In this document: positions 41,305-52,338 of the stretch, piece after piece | Layout of the letters: each line of letters opens with the position of its first letter | Numbering within the stretch: position 1 is the stretch's first letter | Origin: an uncultured Gemmatimonadales bacterium | Lineage (GTDB): Bacteria > Gemmatimonadota > Gemmatimonadetes > Longimicrobiales > RSA9 | DNA length: 64,000 nt | Reading direction: 5' to 3' | Assembly (NCBI GenBank): GCA_963741945.1 | Contig: CAVUKA010000001.1 | Span: 768,001 to 832,000 of the forward strand | The notes under the pieces: generated by a model | Told to the model about the DNA's origin: nothing | The model's database searches: none | The model's input: the letters and a program-made list of their open reading frames with translations, nothing else | Made by a program: the position numbers and the translations under genes

Positions 41305-42891
41305 CTACTTCCCCCCCAGCCGCTCCGCCAGCCAGTCCGCCATCGTGCCAAGCATCTCTCGGCTCACGTGCCGGTTGATCAGCGTGGCGTAGCCGGCCGG
41401 ATCACCGCTCGGATCCGGCAGCATCAGGTGGTTCAGTCCGGGGAACACCCGCACCGTCACATCATCGTTCCCGCCCGCCCGGAACGCCGCCGCCAGCGTG
41501 TCCGCCTGCTCTGGCGTGATCTGCCGGTCCGTTCCGCCCTGGAGAATGAGCACCGGCACGTCGCTCACCTCGCGCGCGGTGCGGAGCGGGTCGTAATCCA
41601 GGAAGAATGCGAGCCATGGCTGCCTCGCGGCCGCTTCCTCCAGCTGTTGCTCCGCGGCTGCCATGACGGAGTCCCGCTCGGCGGGAGCGATGGCCCCGTT
41701 GTGCTCGATCGACCAGTGCTGCTGGTATCGGATGATCTCCCGGCCCGTCTGCGCCGGGCCCGCGATCAGGACCAGCGCCGCCAGCCCGGTGTCGCTGGCC
41801 GCGACCATCGGACCGATCAGGGCGCCTTCACTGTGCCCGACGAGCCCCAACCGGTGGGCATCGATCCCTGGCTGGTCGCCCAGCCAGCGGACGGCGGCGG
41901 CGATGTCGCCGGCGAAATCGACGCTGGTGGCCGCGGCGGCATCGCCGCCTGACGCGCCGTAGCCGCGGTCATCGAGGCGGAGCACGGCGATACCCCGCCG
42001 CGAGAGCGTGTCCGCGATATCCCGGAACGGGCGGTACCCGGGGATGAGGGGAATCGCCTCGTCGCGATCCTGGGATCCCGAGCCGGTGATGAGCACCACG
42101 GCCGGGGACGGCCCCTGCCGCTCCGGCCGCGTCAGCGTCCCCGCCAGCTCGAACCCGCCGGGCGTGGGCACGCGCACGTCCTCGGCGGAGTAGGGCGCCC
42201 CGGCCGGCGAGGAGTAGTCGGGCGGCGCCACGGTGATGGGGCCCACGTGCGAGCCCTCGACGCGCGTGATCGTCAGGTTCTGCGATGGCACCCGGCCGCC
42301 GAGGATGCGCCCCTCGGGAGAGACGGCCACGCGGATGGCCGTGGTCCCGAGAGTCAGCGTGGCGGAGTCGGCCCCGCGCCATGCCACCGTCGCCGGGGCC
42401 GTCTGGCCGCCCTGCACCATGAAGAGCGGCACCTGGACCGTGTCGCCGCCCAGAGCTCGGGCGCGGCGCACCGCCTGTTCCATCAGGGCGAAAGAAGGGT
42501 TCAGGAACGGAATGGCACCCGGGCGGGTGCCCAGACGCTGTGTCGGCGCGTCGGCGGGGACGGAGAACGTGACCACCGCCGTGTCGCCCTGCATCGCGAT
42601 GCGGGCGGCTTGGCCCGGAGCGGAGTCGGGCGACGCGCCAGGCCGCCACGCCCGCAGCGCCAGCGTCGCGATCGTGGCACCGGGCCCTTCATCCGCCTGG
42701 AGGATCAGCCGGCCGAAGGCACGCCCGGTCAGCTCGCTTTCCAGGCGCCGGGCCCCCCGCGTCACGTTCTCCACCGCGAACGTGTCGCTCCCCAGCTGGA
42801 GCACGAATGCCGACCGCTCCTCCGCCTGCGCCGCCGCGTGCGTGGCCGTCCACGCCAGCAGCGCCATTGCCCCTGTCGCCATTCGCCTCAT
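41305..42891 (-). CDS. secreted alpha/beta hydrolase
   Basis: Signal peptide; ITGSGSQDRDE, RLDDRG, GHSEG, GLNHL. Confidence 0.9.
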   Translation of the reverse strand: MRRMATGAMALLAWTATHAAAQAEERSAFVLQLGSDTFAVENVTRGARRLESELTGRAFGRLILQADEGPGATIATLALRAWRPGASPDSAPGQAARIAMQGDTAVVTFSVPADAPTQRLGTRPGAIPFLNPSFALMEQAVRRARALGGDTVQVPLFMVQGGQTAPATVAWRGADSATLTLGTTAIRVAVSPEGRILGGRVPSQNLTITRVEGSHVGPITVAPPDYSSPAGAPYSAEDVRVPTPGGFELAGTLTRPERQGPSPAVVLITGSGSQDRDEAIPLIPGYRPFRDIADTLSRRGIAVLRLDDRGYGASGGDAAAATSVDFAGDIAAAVRWLGDQPGIDAHRLGLVGHSEGALIGPMVAASDTGLAALVLIAGPAQTGREIIRYQQHWSIEHNGAIAPAERDSVMAAAEQQLEEAAARQPWLAFFLDYDPLRTAREVSDVPVLILQGGTDRQITPEQADTLAAAFRAGGNDDVTVRVFPGLNHLMLPDPSGDPAGYATLINRHVSREMLGTMADWLAERLGGK

Positions 42892-42981
42892 CGCGGCTCC
42901 TCACGTTCGGAATTCAGACGACGCCCCCCGGGCACTGGCGGCGTTTCTACGCCCCCGGTCGCGGCCGACGCACGCCCGTTC

Positions 42982-43164
42982 TCATTCGAGGCGCCCCGGC
43001 GGCGGAGATCGGCGCATGTTCCCGGCGATCCCGATGATGGCGAGACCTGCCACCACGATCACGCCGATGGTGATCCAGACATTGGGCACGCCCACCATGG
43101 CGGCGGCCCAGGCGAGCCCGCCGATCAGGACGATGAAGCCTATGACATAAAGCGCTGTAGCCAT
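42982..43164 (-). CDS. small two-helix membrane protein
   Basis: AAGGAGG SD; MATALYVIGFIVLIGGLAWAA... Confidence 0.75.
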   Translation of the reverse strand: MATALYVIGFIVLIGGLAWAAAMVGVPNVWITIGVIVVAGLAIIGIAGNMRRSPPPGRLE

Positions 43165-43225
43165 TTGGAATCCCTCCTTTCCCCCGGGCAGGGGCAAGGA
43201 GGGTGCCACATGGGGGTGCGCTCGC

Positions 43226-44407
43226 CTACACGGCCGCCAGCGCCTGCTCCAGGTCCGCGATCAGGTCCGCCGCGTCCTCGATCCCCACCGCGTAGCGCAC
43301 CAGCCCGTCCGTGAAGCCGGCCGCGGCGCGGGCATCCGGCGACATGGAAGCGTGCGTCATGGAAGCCGGGTGCTCGATGAGCGTTTCCACGCCGCCGAGG
43401 GAAACGGCCAGCGTCGCCAGTTCCACATGATCCATCAACCGCCGGCCGGCATCGAGCCCACCCTTCACTTCGAACGCGATCATGGACCCGAAGCCGCTCA
43501 TCTGGCGCTTCGCCAGCTCGTGCTGCGGGTGAGAGGGAAGGCCGATGTAGCGCACCCACTCGACTTTGGGATGCGCTTCCAGCCAGCGCGCGATCTCCAT
43601 TGCCCCCTGCTGTGCCCGCTCGACGCGGATCCCCAACGTCTTCAGCCCACGCAGCACCAGGAACGCCTGGTGGGGGTCCATGTTCCCGCCCAGGCTCGTC
43701 ATGACTTCACGCAGCCTGGCCAGGATATCCTTCTCCCTGGCCACCAGGATCCCGCCCACGACATCGGCGTGGCCATTGATGAACTTGGTCACGGAATGGA
43801 GCGCGATGTCCGCGCCGAGCGCGAGCGGCTGCTGCAGGTACGGGCTGGCAAACGTGTTGTCCACGGCCAGAAGCGCGCCGTGCTCGTGCGCGATCTCCGC
43901 CGCGCCGGCGATGTCGGTCACGTGCATGGCCGGATTCGAGGGAGACTCCACGTACACCAGCCGGGTTTCCGGGCGCATCGCCGCGCGCAGGTTCTCCAGC
44001 TCCGACGTGTCCACGTAGGAGGCGACCACGCCAAAGCGGGAGAAATGCTTGTCCACGACAACCCGGCTCGGGCCGTACACCGAGGCCGTGCTCACCAGGT
44101 GCGCGCCCTGGCCCAGCAGCGCCATGTAGACCGTGCTGACGGCCGCCATGCCGGACGCCGTGGCGATCCCGCCAACGCCGCCCTCCAGCTCGGCGACGCT
44201 CTCTTCCAGCGCCCGGGTTGTGGGATTGCCCAGGCGCGTGTAGATGAAGCCGTCCTCTTCACCCGCGAACAGCGCAGCACCGTGGACGGCGTCCCGGAAG
44301 GCGAAGGTGGAGCTCTGATAGATGGGGACGTTCACCGCGCCCGTGGCGTCCGGGTGGTACGTCCCATGGACCAGCTTGCTGTTGATGCCGAGTTCCCGCG
44401 TGCTCAT
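43226..44407 (-). CDS. methionine gamma-lyase / Cys-Met PLP-dependent enzyme
   Basis: PIYQSSTF, YTRLGNPT, ESPSNP, VDNTF, HSVTKFINGHAD, AVSLGG. Confidence 0.93.
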   Translation of the reverse strand: MSTRELGINSKLVHGTYHPDATGAVNVPIYQSSTFAFRDAVHGAALFAGEEDGFIYTRLGNPTTRALEESVAELEGGVGGIATASGMAAVSTVYMALLGQGAHLVSTASVYGPSRVVVDKHFSRFGVVASYVDTSELENLRAAMRPETRLVYVESPSNPAMHVTDIAGAAEIAHEHGALLAVDNTFASPYLQQPLALGADIALHSVTKFINGHADVVGGILVAREKDILARLREVMTSLGGNMDPHQAFLVLRGLKTLGIRVERAQQGAMEIARWLEAHPKVEWVRYIGLPSHPQHELAKRQMSGFGSMIAFEVKGGLDAGRRLMDHVELATLAVSLGGVETLIEHPASMTHASMSPDARAAAGFTDGLVRYAVGIEDAADLIADLEQALAAV

Positions 44408-44621
44408 CGAGCCGACCTCCCCCATGGTTGCAGGCGGCCGCACCCCGGTTCGGGATGCCGCCGCGTTCGCGCCTGGCCGGGGGCTTCGGTCGGCCGTGCT
44501 CGCGGGCGGAAGATGGCGCGTGCTTCAGGGCATGGCAACGCCCGGTGAGCGGAGCGAGTAGGGGACGGGCGACGCCCTCGGAGTGCGGCTTCGGCCGGGC
44601 TGCTCGCTCCCGTTCGCCTCC

Positions 44622-45218
44622 TCAGCGCACACGGGCGCTTCTGAGGATCGACTCCGCCGTCTTGTCCCCGATCCCCGGGATGTGGGTGATGTCATGCTCG
44701 CTGTGGAATTCGCCGCCCAGCTCCTGGTCCCGGTAGCGCACGATCTTCTCTGCCGTGGCGGGGCCGATCCCGAACACGCTGTCCAGCTCCTCGGCCGTCG
44801 CCGTGTTCAGGTTCACCCGCTTCGTCTCACCATCGCCTCGGTCCGACCGGCGGCCGCCCGACGCGCGGCCTGACGCCCGCGGCGCGCTCCGACGGGTTTC
44901 GCCGTCCACCCACCGGGCGCTGTCATTCTCCTCGGCGGTCTCCCGGCTGATCAGCTTGTTGAAGTTGCTCGGACCGCCGGCGGCGAGGGTCTCCTGGTAC
45001 AGCAGCACCAGGTTCTTCTCGTCGAACTTGTCGAACCACTCATCCCACGAGATCGCCTCGAGCGATCTTTCGCCGGAGTAGTCCGGGAAGTCCAGTCGGA
45101 TCAGCCCCGGGTCATCCTCAGTATGCGTCGAGCGGACGGTGGAAGGGGTCCCATCCCGTTCTTCCACCCACTTCCGGATCCGCTCGTGATCGGTGGTCAT
45201 GTATCGTTCGCCCGCCAT
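44622..45218 (-). CDS. helix-hairpin-helix (ComEA-like) protein with N-terminal domain of unknown function
   Basis: VNLNTATAEELDSVFGIGPATAEKIV and IPGIGDKT; no signal peptide. Confidence 0.85.
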   Translation of the reverse strand: MAGERYMTTDHERIRKWVEERDGTPSTVRSTHTEDDPGLIRLDFPDYSGERSLEAISWDEWFDKFDEKNLVLLYQETLAAGGPSNFNKLISRETAEENDSARWVDGETRRSAPRASGRASGGRRSDRGDGETKRVNLNTATAEELDSVFGIGPATAEKIVRYRDQELGGEFHSEHDITHIPGIGDKTAESILRSARVR

Positions 45219-45503
45219 GGTGCTCCTCCTGCTGCGCACGGTAGTCCGGGCGCGGACCATATCTCCGCAACCCGTTGTGATCACGTGAGATAGGTGCAAA
45301 CAGCTTGCCAGCATCGCTGCGTCGAGACGGGTCTGGGACGGGCCTTCCACCGTCCGCCCGACGCCCGGTCACGGCCGCCCGCAATGCCGAGCGCCGCGCC
45401 CTCTCCTGCCCCTCGGTTGTCCCCTCTCCTGTGACGCGGTAGCATGTCCGGACCGGCCGGAGTCGCACCATCCCGTTCCACCATCTCCAATGCAGGAGCC
45501 AGC

Positions 45504-48500
45504 ATGCGGCCACTGACGCGCGTACCCCGGGGCGCGGCGCTCGCGCTTCTTCTCGCACTTCCCCTCCTTGCCGCCGGCCCGACGGCCGCGGCTGCGCAGC
45601 GGCGTGGCGATCGCGGCGGACCGCAGGTGAGCCAGCCGGCCCAGCTCCATTTCGATTACCTGGGGCCGGAGAGCGCCGGGCGGATCGCGGCGGTCGCTGG
45701 AGTGCCGGGGCGGCCGTCCACGTTCTACCTGGGGGCGGCTTCTGGCGGGGTCTGGAAGACAGTGGACGGCGGCGAGACCTTCGAGCCGGTGTTCGACGAC
45801 CAGCCGGTGCAGGCCATCGGCGCGCTGGCCGTGGCGCCGAGCGACCCGGCCGTGGTGTGGGCCGGGACGGGTGAGGCGTGGGCGATCCGCGACGCGGACA
45901 TCATGGGCGATGGCGTCTATCGCTCGACGGACGCGGGCAGGACGTGGCGACACATGGGGCTGGAGGCCACCGGGCGGATCGGCCGCATCGTGATCCATCC
46001 CGCGGATCCCCGAACGGTGTACGTGTGCGCGCTGGGGCGCGCCACGGGACCGCAGCAGGAGCGCGGCGTCTTCCGCACCACCGATGGCGGCGAGCACTGG
46101 AGCCGCGTCCTGTTCGTGGACGAGAACACCGGCTGCTCGGGGCTGGCCATGGACCCGACGCGCCCTGACGTCCTGTTCGCGGGCACCTGGGACGTTGTCA
46201 TGCACACGTGGGTCATGCACAGTGGCGGTCCCGGGAGCGGCCTCTACACGACGCGGGATGGTGGCGACCACTGGACCCGTATCGAGGATCCCGGGCTCCC
46301 GCAGCCGCCGGTGGGCAAGGTCGACGTCGCCGTCGCACCCTCGCGGCCCGACCGGGTCTACGCGCTGATCCAGACGGGGTCGCAGGGGTCGCTCTGGCGC
46401 TCGGATGACAGCGGACAGCGCTGGAAAGTGGTCAGCTGGGACCGCACGCTCATCGGCCGCGGCGGCTACTACATCCGGCTCGGCGTCAATCCGGTGGACG
46501 CGGACGAAGTGGTGGTGATGAACAGCAGCTCCCACCGCTCCACCGATGGCGGCCTGACCTTCCCCGACGAGGCGGGCGGGTGCGGCGACTGTCACGACAT
46601 CTGGTGGGACATGCTCGACGCGGACCACTGGATCGTCACCGGCGATGGTGGCGCCGGCGTGACCCGGGACCACGGCCGGAGCTTCCAGCCGATCCGCCTT
46701 CCCATCGGCCAGATGTACCACGTGGCCGTGGACGGCCGCACGCCCTACTGGGTGTACAGCAACCGCCAGGACAACGGTTCCATGCGCGGGCCCAGCAACA
46801 CCCCCGTCGCCGTCGACAACGTCCCCTCCTACGCGCCGCCGGACGCCAATCCCACACGCCGGAGCTCCGGCGAGGGAGGCGAGAACACGTGGGGCTACGG
46901 AGGTCCACCGCCTGCACGCTGGGAAGGCCCGCTCGGCGGGTGCGAGTCCGGCTTCACCATCCCGGACCCCACGAACCCGGACGTCGTCTGGGCCACCTGT
47001 TACGCGAACACGGTCACCCGCTACGACGCCGACCTCGGGCTCGCCCGCGGTGTCAGCCCCGGGATGCACACGCTCGATTCGCCCCCGGACGCGCTGAAGT
47101 ACCGCTGCCACTGGACGCCGCCCCTCGCCATCGACCCGTTCGACCCGGAAACGGTCTACTACGGCTGTCAGGTGATCTTCCGCACGCGCAGCCGGGGGCA
47201 GAGCTGGGACGTGATCAGCCCGGACCTCTCCACCCAGGACCGGTCGCGCATCGCGTTCTCCGGCGGGATCCCGGGCGAGGAGCCGGCGCACGCCACGGGC
47301 GACAATCTCGGGCAGTACTACGGCGAGGTGGTGTTCGCCATCGCGCCCTCGCCGCTGGAGCGAGGCCTGATCTGGGCGGGCACCAACGACGGGCTGATGT
47401 GGATCACCCGCAACGGCGGGAAGACGTGGGCGAACCTGAACGCGAACGTGCGTGGACTGCCGGAGTGGGGCACGATCCGCCGGATCGAGCCGTCGCACTT
47501 CCACGCGGGCACCGCGTACGTGACGGTGGACTACCACCTCATGGACGACCGCGACCCGTACGTCTACAGGACCGCCGATTACGGGAGAACGTGGACGAAG
47601 ATCAGCGACGAGCTCCCCCACGGTCATCCCCTCGACTATGTCATGGCGGTGGCGGAGAACCCGAACCGGGAGGGTATGCTCTTCGCCGGCACCGGCCACG
47701 GCTTCTACTACTCCATGGACGACGGCGCGAAGTGGACGCGGCTCCAGGGCGGGCTGCCGGCCGCGCCCGTGAGCTGGATCGCGGTCGCGCCGCGCTCCCA
47801 CGACGTCGTCGTGTCGACGTACGGTCGTGGGCTCTGGGTGCTGCGCGACATCACGCGGCTGGAGCAGGACGACGAGGTCCCAGCCGGCGCCGACGCCTAC
47901 CTTTATCGGCCCCGCCCCGCCGTCCGCCACCCCCGCAGCGGCCGCGCCGAGATCCTGTACCGTGTGGCGCAGATGCCGGACACCACGGCCACGTTCGAGA
48001 TCCTGGACGGGAGCGGCGCGGTCATCCGCACCATGGAAGCGGCGCCCCGGGCGGGACTGAACTCGGTGACGTGGGACCTGCGCTACAACGGCCCGAAGCA
48101 GCCGGAGCTGCGCACGCTCGCCCCGCTCAACCCGCACATCTGGGAGGGGGCGCGCTTCAAGGGGAAGGAGATTCGCCCGATCATCCATTGGGGGACCGAG
48201 GCCGCCCAGCGGCAGGGGCCGATCGCCGCGCCCGGCCGCTACGCCGTGCGGGTCACGCTGGCCGGGCACACGCTCACGCAGCCGGTGGAAGTGGTGAAGG
48301 ACCCGTCGATTCCGGCGAGCGACGCCGAGCTGGCCGCCTCCACGGCCGCGCAGCTCCGGGTCCGGGCCGGCATCGATTCCGTCGTCGCCATGACGAACCG
48401 CCTCGAGGTCATGCGCAAGCAGATCGAGGATCTCTCGCGCGAGCACGCGGGCGAGCCGACGCTGGCCGAGCCGCTGGCCGCGCTCGACAGCGCCATGATG

Positions 48501-48839
48501 GACATGGAGCTCCGCTTCCTCACCCGCGAGGAGCTGAACTCCGACGACAAGTGGTACGTGGAGCAGAACCGGCTCTACCTCCAGTACGTCTGGCTGTCCG
48601 CGGACCTGGGCTCCGGCGGCGGGGACGTGCAGGGCGGCGCCGACCACAGGCCCACGGTCGCGCAGATGGCGTGGCTCCGCTCGCTGGAGGAGGAGCTCGC
48701 GTCCGCCACAAAGGCTTACCACGCGCTGATGGAAACCACAGTGGCCGCGTTCAACGCCCGCATGGCCGGGAAGCTGCCGGCGATCACGCCGGAGCTCCCG
48801 GAGCACCATGCCTCGGAGGAGGACGGCCCCGGGAGCTGA
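45504..48839 (+). CDS. VPS10/BNR-repeat beta-propeller protein
   Basis: Signal peptide; many S/TxDxGxTW Asp-boxes; STYGRG; helical C-terminus. Confidence 0.92.
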   Translation: MRPLTRVPRGAALALLLALPLLAAGPTAAAAQRRGDRGGPQVSQPAQLHFDYLGPESAGRIAAVAGVPGRPSTFYLGAASGGVWKTVDGGETFEPVFDDQPVQAIGALAVAPSDPAVVWAGTGEAWAIRDADIMGDGVYRSTDAGRTWRHMGLEATGRIGRIVIHPADPRTVYVCALGRATGPQQERGVFRTTDGGEHWSRVLFVDENTGCSGLAMDPTRPDVLFAGTWDVVMHTWVMHSGGPGSGLYTTRDGGDHWTRIEDPGLPQPPVGKVDVAVAPSRPDRVYALIQTGSQGSLWRSDDSGQRWKVVSWDRTLIGRGGYYIRLGVNPVDADEVVVMNSSSHRSTDGGLTFPDEAGGCGDCHDIWWDMLDADHWIVTGDGGAGVTRDHGRSFQPIRLPIGQMYHVAVDGRTPYWVYSNRQDNGSMRGPSNTPVAVDNVPSYAPPDANPTRRSSGEGGENTWGYGGPPPARWEGPLGGCESGFTIPDPTNPDVVWATCYANTVTRYDADLGLARGVSPGMHTLDSPPDALKYRCHWTPPLAIDPFDPETVYYGCQVIFRTRSRGQSWDVISPDLSTQDRSRIAFSGGIPGEEPAHATGDNLGQYYGEVVFAIAPSPLERGLIWAGTNDGLMWITRNGGKTWANLNANVRGLPEWGTIRRIEPSHFHAGTAYVTVDYHLMDDRDPYVYRTADYGRTWTKISDELPHGHPLDYVMAVAENPNREGMLFAGTGHGFYYSMDDGAKWTRLQGGLPAAPVSWIAVAPRSHDVVVSTYGRGLWVLRDITRLEQDDEVPAGADAYLYRPRPAVRHPRSGRAEILYRVAQMPDTTATFEILDGSGAVIRTMEAAPRAGLNSVTWDLRYNGPKQPELRTLAPLNPHIWEGARFKGKEIRPIIHWGTEAAQRQGPIAAPGRYAVRVTLAGHTLTQPVEVVKDPSIPASDAELAASTAAQLRVRAGIDSVVAMTNRLEVMRKQIEDLSREHAGEPTLAEPLAALDSAMMDMELRFLTREELNSDDKWYVEQNRLYLQYVWLSADLGSGGGDVQGGADHRPTVAQMAWLRSLEEELASATKAYHALMETTVAAFNARMAGKLPAITPELPEHHASEEDGPGS

Positions 48840-48881
48840 TCTGCCGCGCAGCACCGGGAGATCCCCGGGGGGCGGTCAGAC

Positions 48882-49216
48882 CTACCGGCCCACCGCCATC
48901 CCCGGGATCGCCAGCGTGAGGAGCGCGGCGGCGGCCAGGGAGCTGGTCCGCATCCGGCGCCCGAGCCGCAGCTGAAATCGCCCGAGTGCCAGCCGTACAG
49001 CCAGATCCCGCTCACGAGCGTGGCGCCCGACGCGACCCCGATCCACACGTGGATCTTCCAGACGTTGATCAGATGGGCCATGACCCGGCCCCCACCGGGA
49101 CCCGCGCTCGCCACGCTCGGACCGACGAAGAAGGTCATCATCAGGGAGGAGCCATACCAGAACGCGCCGCCCACGACGTGCAGCACGCGAAGTAGATGGA
49201 GGAGCCCCGGGTTCAT
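48882..49216 (-). pseudogene. membrane protein remnant with apparent internal deletion/frameshift
   Basis: MNPG...LHVVGGAFW...SGIWLY in one frame; hydrophobic C-terminal helix AAAALLTLAIPGMAVGR* in another frame, joined near 48975. Confidence 0.55.
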
Positions 49217-49368
49217 GGGGCCCTCCGGGAGAAGCGGACGAGCATTGCCTCACCTCACCGTGCGGTAGGGAACGGAGAGCGGGGTTTCCTGTACACCACC
49301 GCCACCCCCCGCCTATCTTGATCGAAACCCGTCAAAAGCCATCCCCCGCAGCCGGAGCAGATCCCGGA

Positions 49369-52338
49369 ATGAGCCGCACCCCCCAAGCTGTTCTCGCCCT
49401 GTACATGACCGCAGTGCTCGCCGCAGGATGCGACGGAGGACCGACCGAAACCGCGCTTCCCCTTCGCGCCGAAGCACCTTCCCACGATCTCGCGCCTTCC
49501 AGCGGCGTCCGGTTCACGGAGCTGCACTACGACAACGCTGGCACCGACACCGGTGAGGCCATCGAGATCACCGGACCGGCGGGAACCGACCTGACCGGCT
49601 GGAGCGTGGTCCTGTACAACGGGTCCACCAGCGAGGCATACGACACCCGGGGTCTGTCCGGGTCGCTTCCCGCGACATGTGGCTCCGAGGGCGTCTTGGT
49701 GCTCGACTACCCGTCCAACGGCATCCAGAACGGCAGTCCGGACGGGCTGGCGCTCGTGGACGCCACGGGCACAGTCGTCGAATTCCTCTCGTACGAGGGC
49801 CAGTTCACGGCCGTGGGCGGCCCGGCCGACGGGCTGACGGGCACGGACATCGGCGTGGCCGAGGGCTCGTCCACCGAGATCGGCCAGTCGCTCCAGCGCC
49901 TGGACGACGCCTGGCGGCCAGCGGCGGTCTCGTCGTTCGGGGAATGCAACGCCGGCCAGGGCGGCGGGGGCGGCGGGGGCGCCGCGGCCTACCTGAGCGA
50001 GCTGCACTACGACAACACCGGAACGGACGCGAACGAGGCGTTCGAGGTGGCCGGTCCGGCCGGCACCGACCTGGCCGGCTGGTCGGTGGTGCTGTACAAC
50101 GGGAACGGCGGAGTCGTGTACGGGACCGTGCCGCTTTCGGGCGTCATCCCCGCCACGTGCCGGCCGCACGGCGGCCTGGCGTTCACGCACTCCGGCATCC
50201 AGAACGGTCCGGACGGTCTCGCCCTCGTGGACGCGGAGGGGACCGTCGTCGAGTTCTTCTCCTACGAGGCAACGTTCGACGCGACGGACGGGCCGGCCGC
50301 CGGGATGACGTCCATGGACATGGGCGTGGCCGAGAGCTCGTCCACGCCGGACACGGAGTCGCTCCAGCGCGATGGCGCGGACCAGGACTGGTACGGTCCG
50401 GCGGCGTCCACGTTCGGCTGCGAGGCCGCGGGCGGCGGCGACAACGGCGACTCGCCCTCCGGCCCGCTCTTCCTGAGCGAGATCCGAGCGGACCAGCCGG
50501 ACTCCGACACCGACGAGTACTTCGAGGTGGGCGGTGCCGCCGGCACCACCATGGGCGGCGTGAGTCTGGTGGTCATCGGCGACGGCTCCGGTGGGGATGG
50601 CGTGATCGAGAACGTCACCGACATCGGCGCCTACACGCTGTCGTCGGAAGGGGCGTTCGTCGCCGCCGAGAGCAGCTTCAGCCTCGGCACCGCGGACCTC
50701 ACCACGTCGTTGAACTTCGAGAACGGCGGGAACCCCACGTACCTGCTGGTGGTGGGCTTCACCGGCACGAACGGGCAGGACCTCGACACGGACGACGACG
50801 GCACGCTCGACGCCATGCCGTGGACGGAGCTGCTCGACTGCGTCTCGCTCATCCAGTATCTCGGCGCCCAACCCACTTACTGCGACGCCCGCGTCGGGCT
50901 GGACGACCAGGGCTTCACCACCGGGCACGCCGTCCGCACCGGAGACGGCTGGATCAGCGGCATCTTCACGCCGCCCAGCGGTGACACGCCCGGCACCCTC
51001 ACCTTCGACCCGGCCACCGCCGTGGCGGGCCAGATCGCGCCGTGGAATCCCGGCGCGCACGGCGAGCCGACGGCGGTGTCGCTCAGCGCGTCGTACGTGA
51101 CGCTCCCGGTGGGTTACAACCGCGCCCTCTACGTCACGGTCTTCGATGACTACCACGACGCGGTGGACGGCGCGACGGTGACGTTCACGTCCTCCGACGC
51201 GGGCGTCGTGACCTCGGACCGGTATGGCAACCTGACGGCGGAAGGCGTGGGCACCGCCACGCTGGAGGCGGCGGTGACCGGGGATCCGTCGGTGAGCACC
51301 ACGGTCGCCGTCGAAGTGGTACCGGACGTGGCCAGCGGCGTCGCCTACCAGGACCACCTGGAGTTCGGCACGCCCACCGACGCCGACCCGAGTGACGACA
51401 TCCTGCTCCAGAGGGACGAGTACGCGGTGGACTACAACCCGCTCCGCGGCGCGGCCAACTGGGTGAGCTACGACCTGGACGAGTCCCACATCGGCGACGT
51501 GGCCCGCTGCGACTGTTACACGCCCGACCCCGCGCTGCCGGCATCGGCGCCGCACGTGATCAACTTCGACTACACGGGGAGCGGCTACAGCCGCGGCCAC
51601 CTGGTGCAGTCGTTCGACCGCACGGTCACGCTGCCCGACAACGCCTCCACGTACCTGACCACGAACATCATCCCGCAGGCGGCGGCCAACAACACGGGGC
51701 CGTGGGGCGACTTCGAGTACTACATCAACGGGCGCGCGTTCGCGGGCGAGGAGGTGTACGTCATCGCCGGCGGCGTATGGACGCCCGATGCGCCCACCCT
51801 GAAGGACGAGGGGAAGGTGGCCATCCCCAGCTGGACGTGGAAGGTGGCCGTGTTCCTCGGTCGCGACGAGACGCTGGCCGACGTCCACTCCCTCGACGAC
51901 CTCGAGGTCACCGCCATCATGACGCCGAACCGCCTGGAGCCGGGCGTGGATGGTACGGTGGACGGCATCAAGGGTGACTGGGAGAGCTACCGGGTGGAGG
52001 TGGACCAGATCGAAGCGGCCACTGGCTACGACCTGCTGTCGCTGCTCCCCGACGAGCTGGAGGCGCAGATCGAGAGTGGGCTGGATGGCCTGTCGGCAGC
52101 CTTCGGCGGGTTCGTCGCCGACGGCGCCATCGACCTCCCGGCCGAGAACGCGCTCAGCCAGGAGCTCGAACAGGCGCTCATGCAGCTCGAGCGGGGCCGG
52201 CCCGAGCTGGCGGCCCAGCGCCTCGACACCTTCCTGAACCTCCTGCGGGTGTTCGAGAGGAACGGGAAGATCACTTCCGAAGCTGCGGCCGCGCTGCGGG
52301 CTGAGGTGGAGCACGTGCTCACGGCCATCACGACATAG
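49369..52338 (+). CDS. lipoprotein DNA/RNA non-specific endonuclease with lamin-tail and Ig-like domains
   Basis: LAAGC lipobox; two ELHYDNxGTD modules; Ig-like TFTSSD; ANWVSY, YSRGHL, TNIIPQ, IPSWTWKV. Confidence 0.9.
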   Translation: MSRTPQAVLALYMTAVLAAGCDGGPTETALPLRAEAPSHDLAPSSGVRFTELHYDNAGTDTGEAIEITGPAGTDLTGWSVVLYNGSTSEAYDTRGLSGSLPATCGSEGVLVLDYPSNGIQNGSPDGLALVDATGTVVEFLSYEGQFTAVGGPADGLTGTDIGVAEGSSTEIGQSLQRLDDAWRPAAVSSFGECNAGQGGGGGGGAAAYLSELHYDNTGTDANEAFEVAGPAGTDLAGWSVVLYNGNGGVVYGTVPLSGVIPATCRPHGGLAFTHSGIQNGPDGLALVDAEGTVVEFFSYEATFDATDGPAAGMTSMDMGVAESSSTPDTESLQRDGADQDWYGPAASTFGCEAAGGGDNGDSPSGPLFLSEIRADQPDSDTDEYFEVGGAAGTTMGGVSLVVIGDGSGGDGVIENVTDIGAYTLSSEGAFVAAESSFSLGTADLTTSLNFENGGNPTYLLVVGFTGTNGQDLDTDDDGTLDAMPWTELLDCVSLIQYLGAQPTYCDARVGLDDQGFTTGHAVRTGDGWISGIFTPPSGDTPGTLTFDPATAVAGQIAPWNPGAHGEPTAVSLSASYVTLPVGYNRALYVTVFDDYHDAVDGATVTFTSSDAGVVTSDRYGNLTAEGVGTATLEAAVTGDPSVSTTVAVEVVPDVASGVAYQDHLEFGTPTDADPSDDILLQRDEYAVDYNPLRGAANWVSYDLDESHIGDVARCDCYTPDPALPASAPHVINFDYTGSGYSRGHLVQSFDRTVTLPDNASTYLTTNIIPQAAANNTGPWGDFEYYINGRAFAGEEVYVIAGGVWTPDAPTLKDEGKVAIPSWTWKVAVFLGRDETLADVHSLDDLEVTAIMTPNRLEPGVDGTVDGIKGDWESYRVEVDQIEAATGYDLLSLLPDELEAQIESGLDGLSAAFGGFVADGAIDLPAENALSQELEQALMQLERGRPELAAQRLDTFLNLLRVFERNGKITSEAAAALRAEVEHVLTAITT

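Noticed and set aside
45369-48854. 1161-aa minus-strand ORF and other long antisense ORFs (49255..52587, 56344..59586, 35342..38113, 38512..41193)
   Set aside because: Shadow ORFs of real genes caused by high GC; no recognisable motifs.
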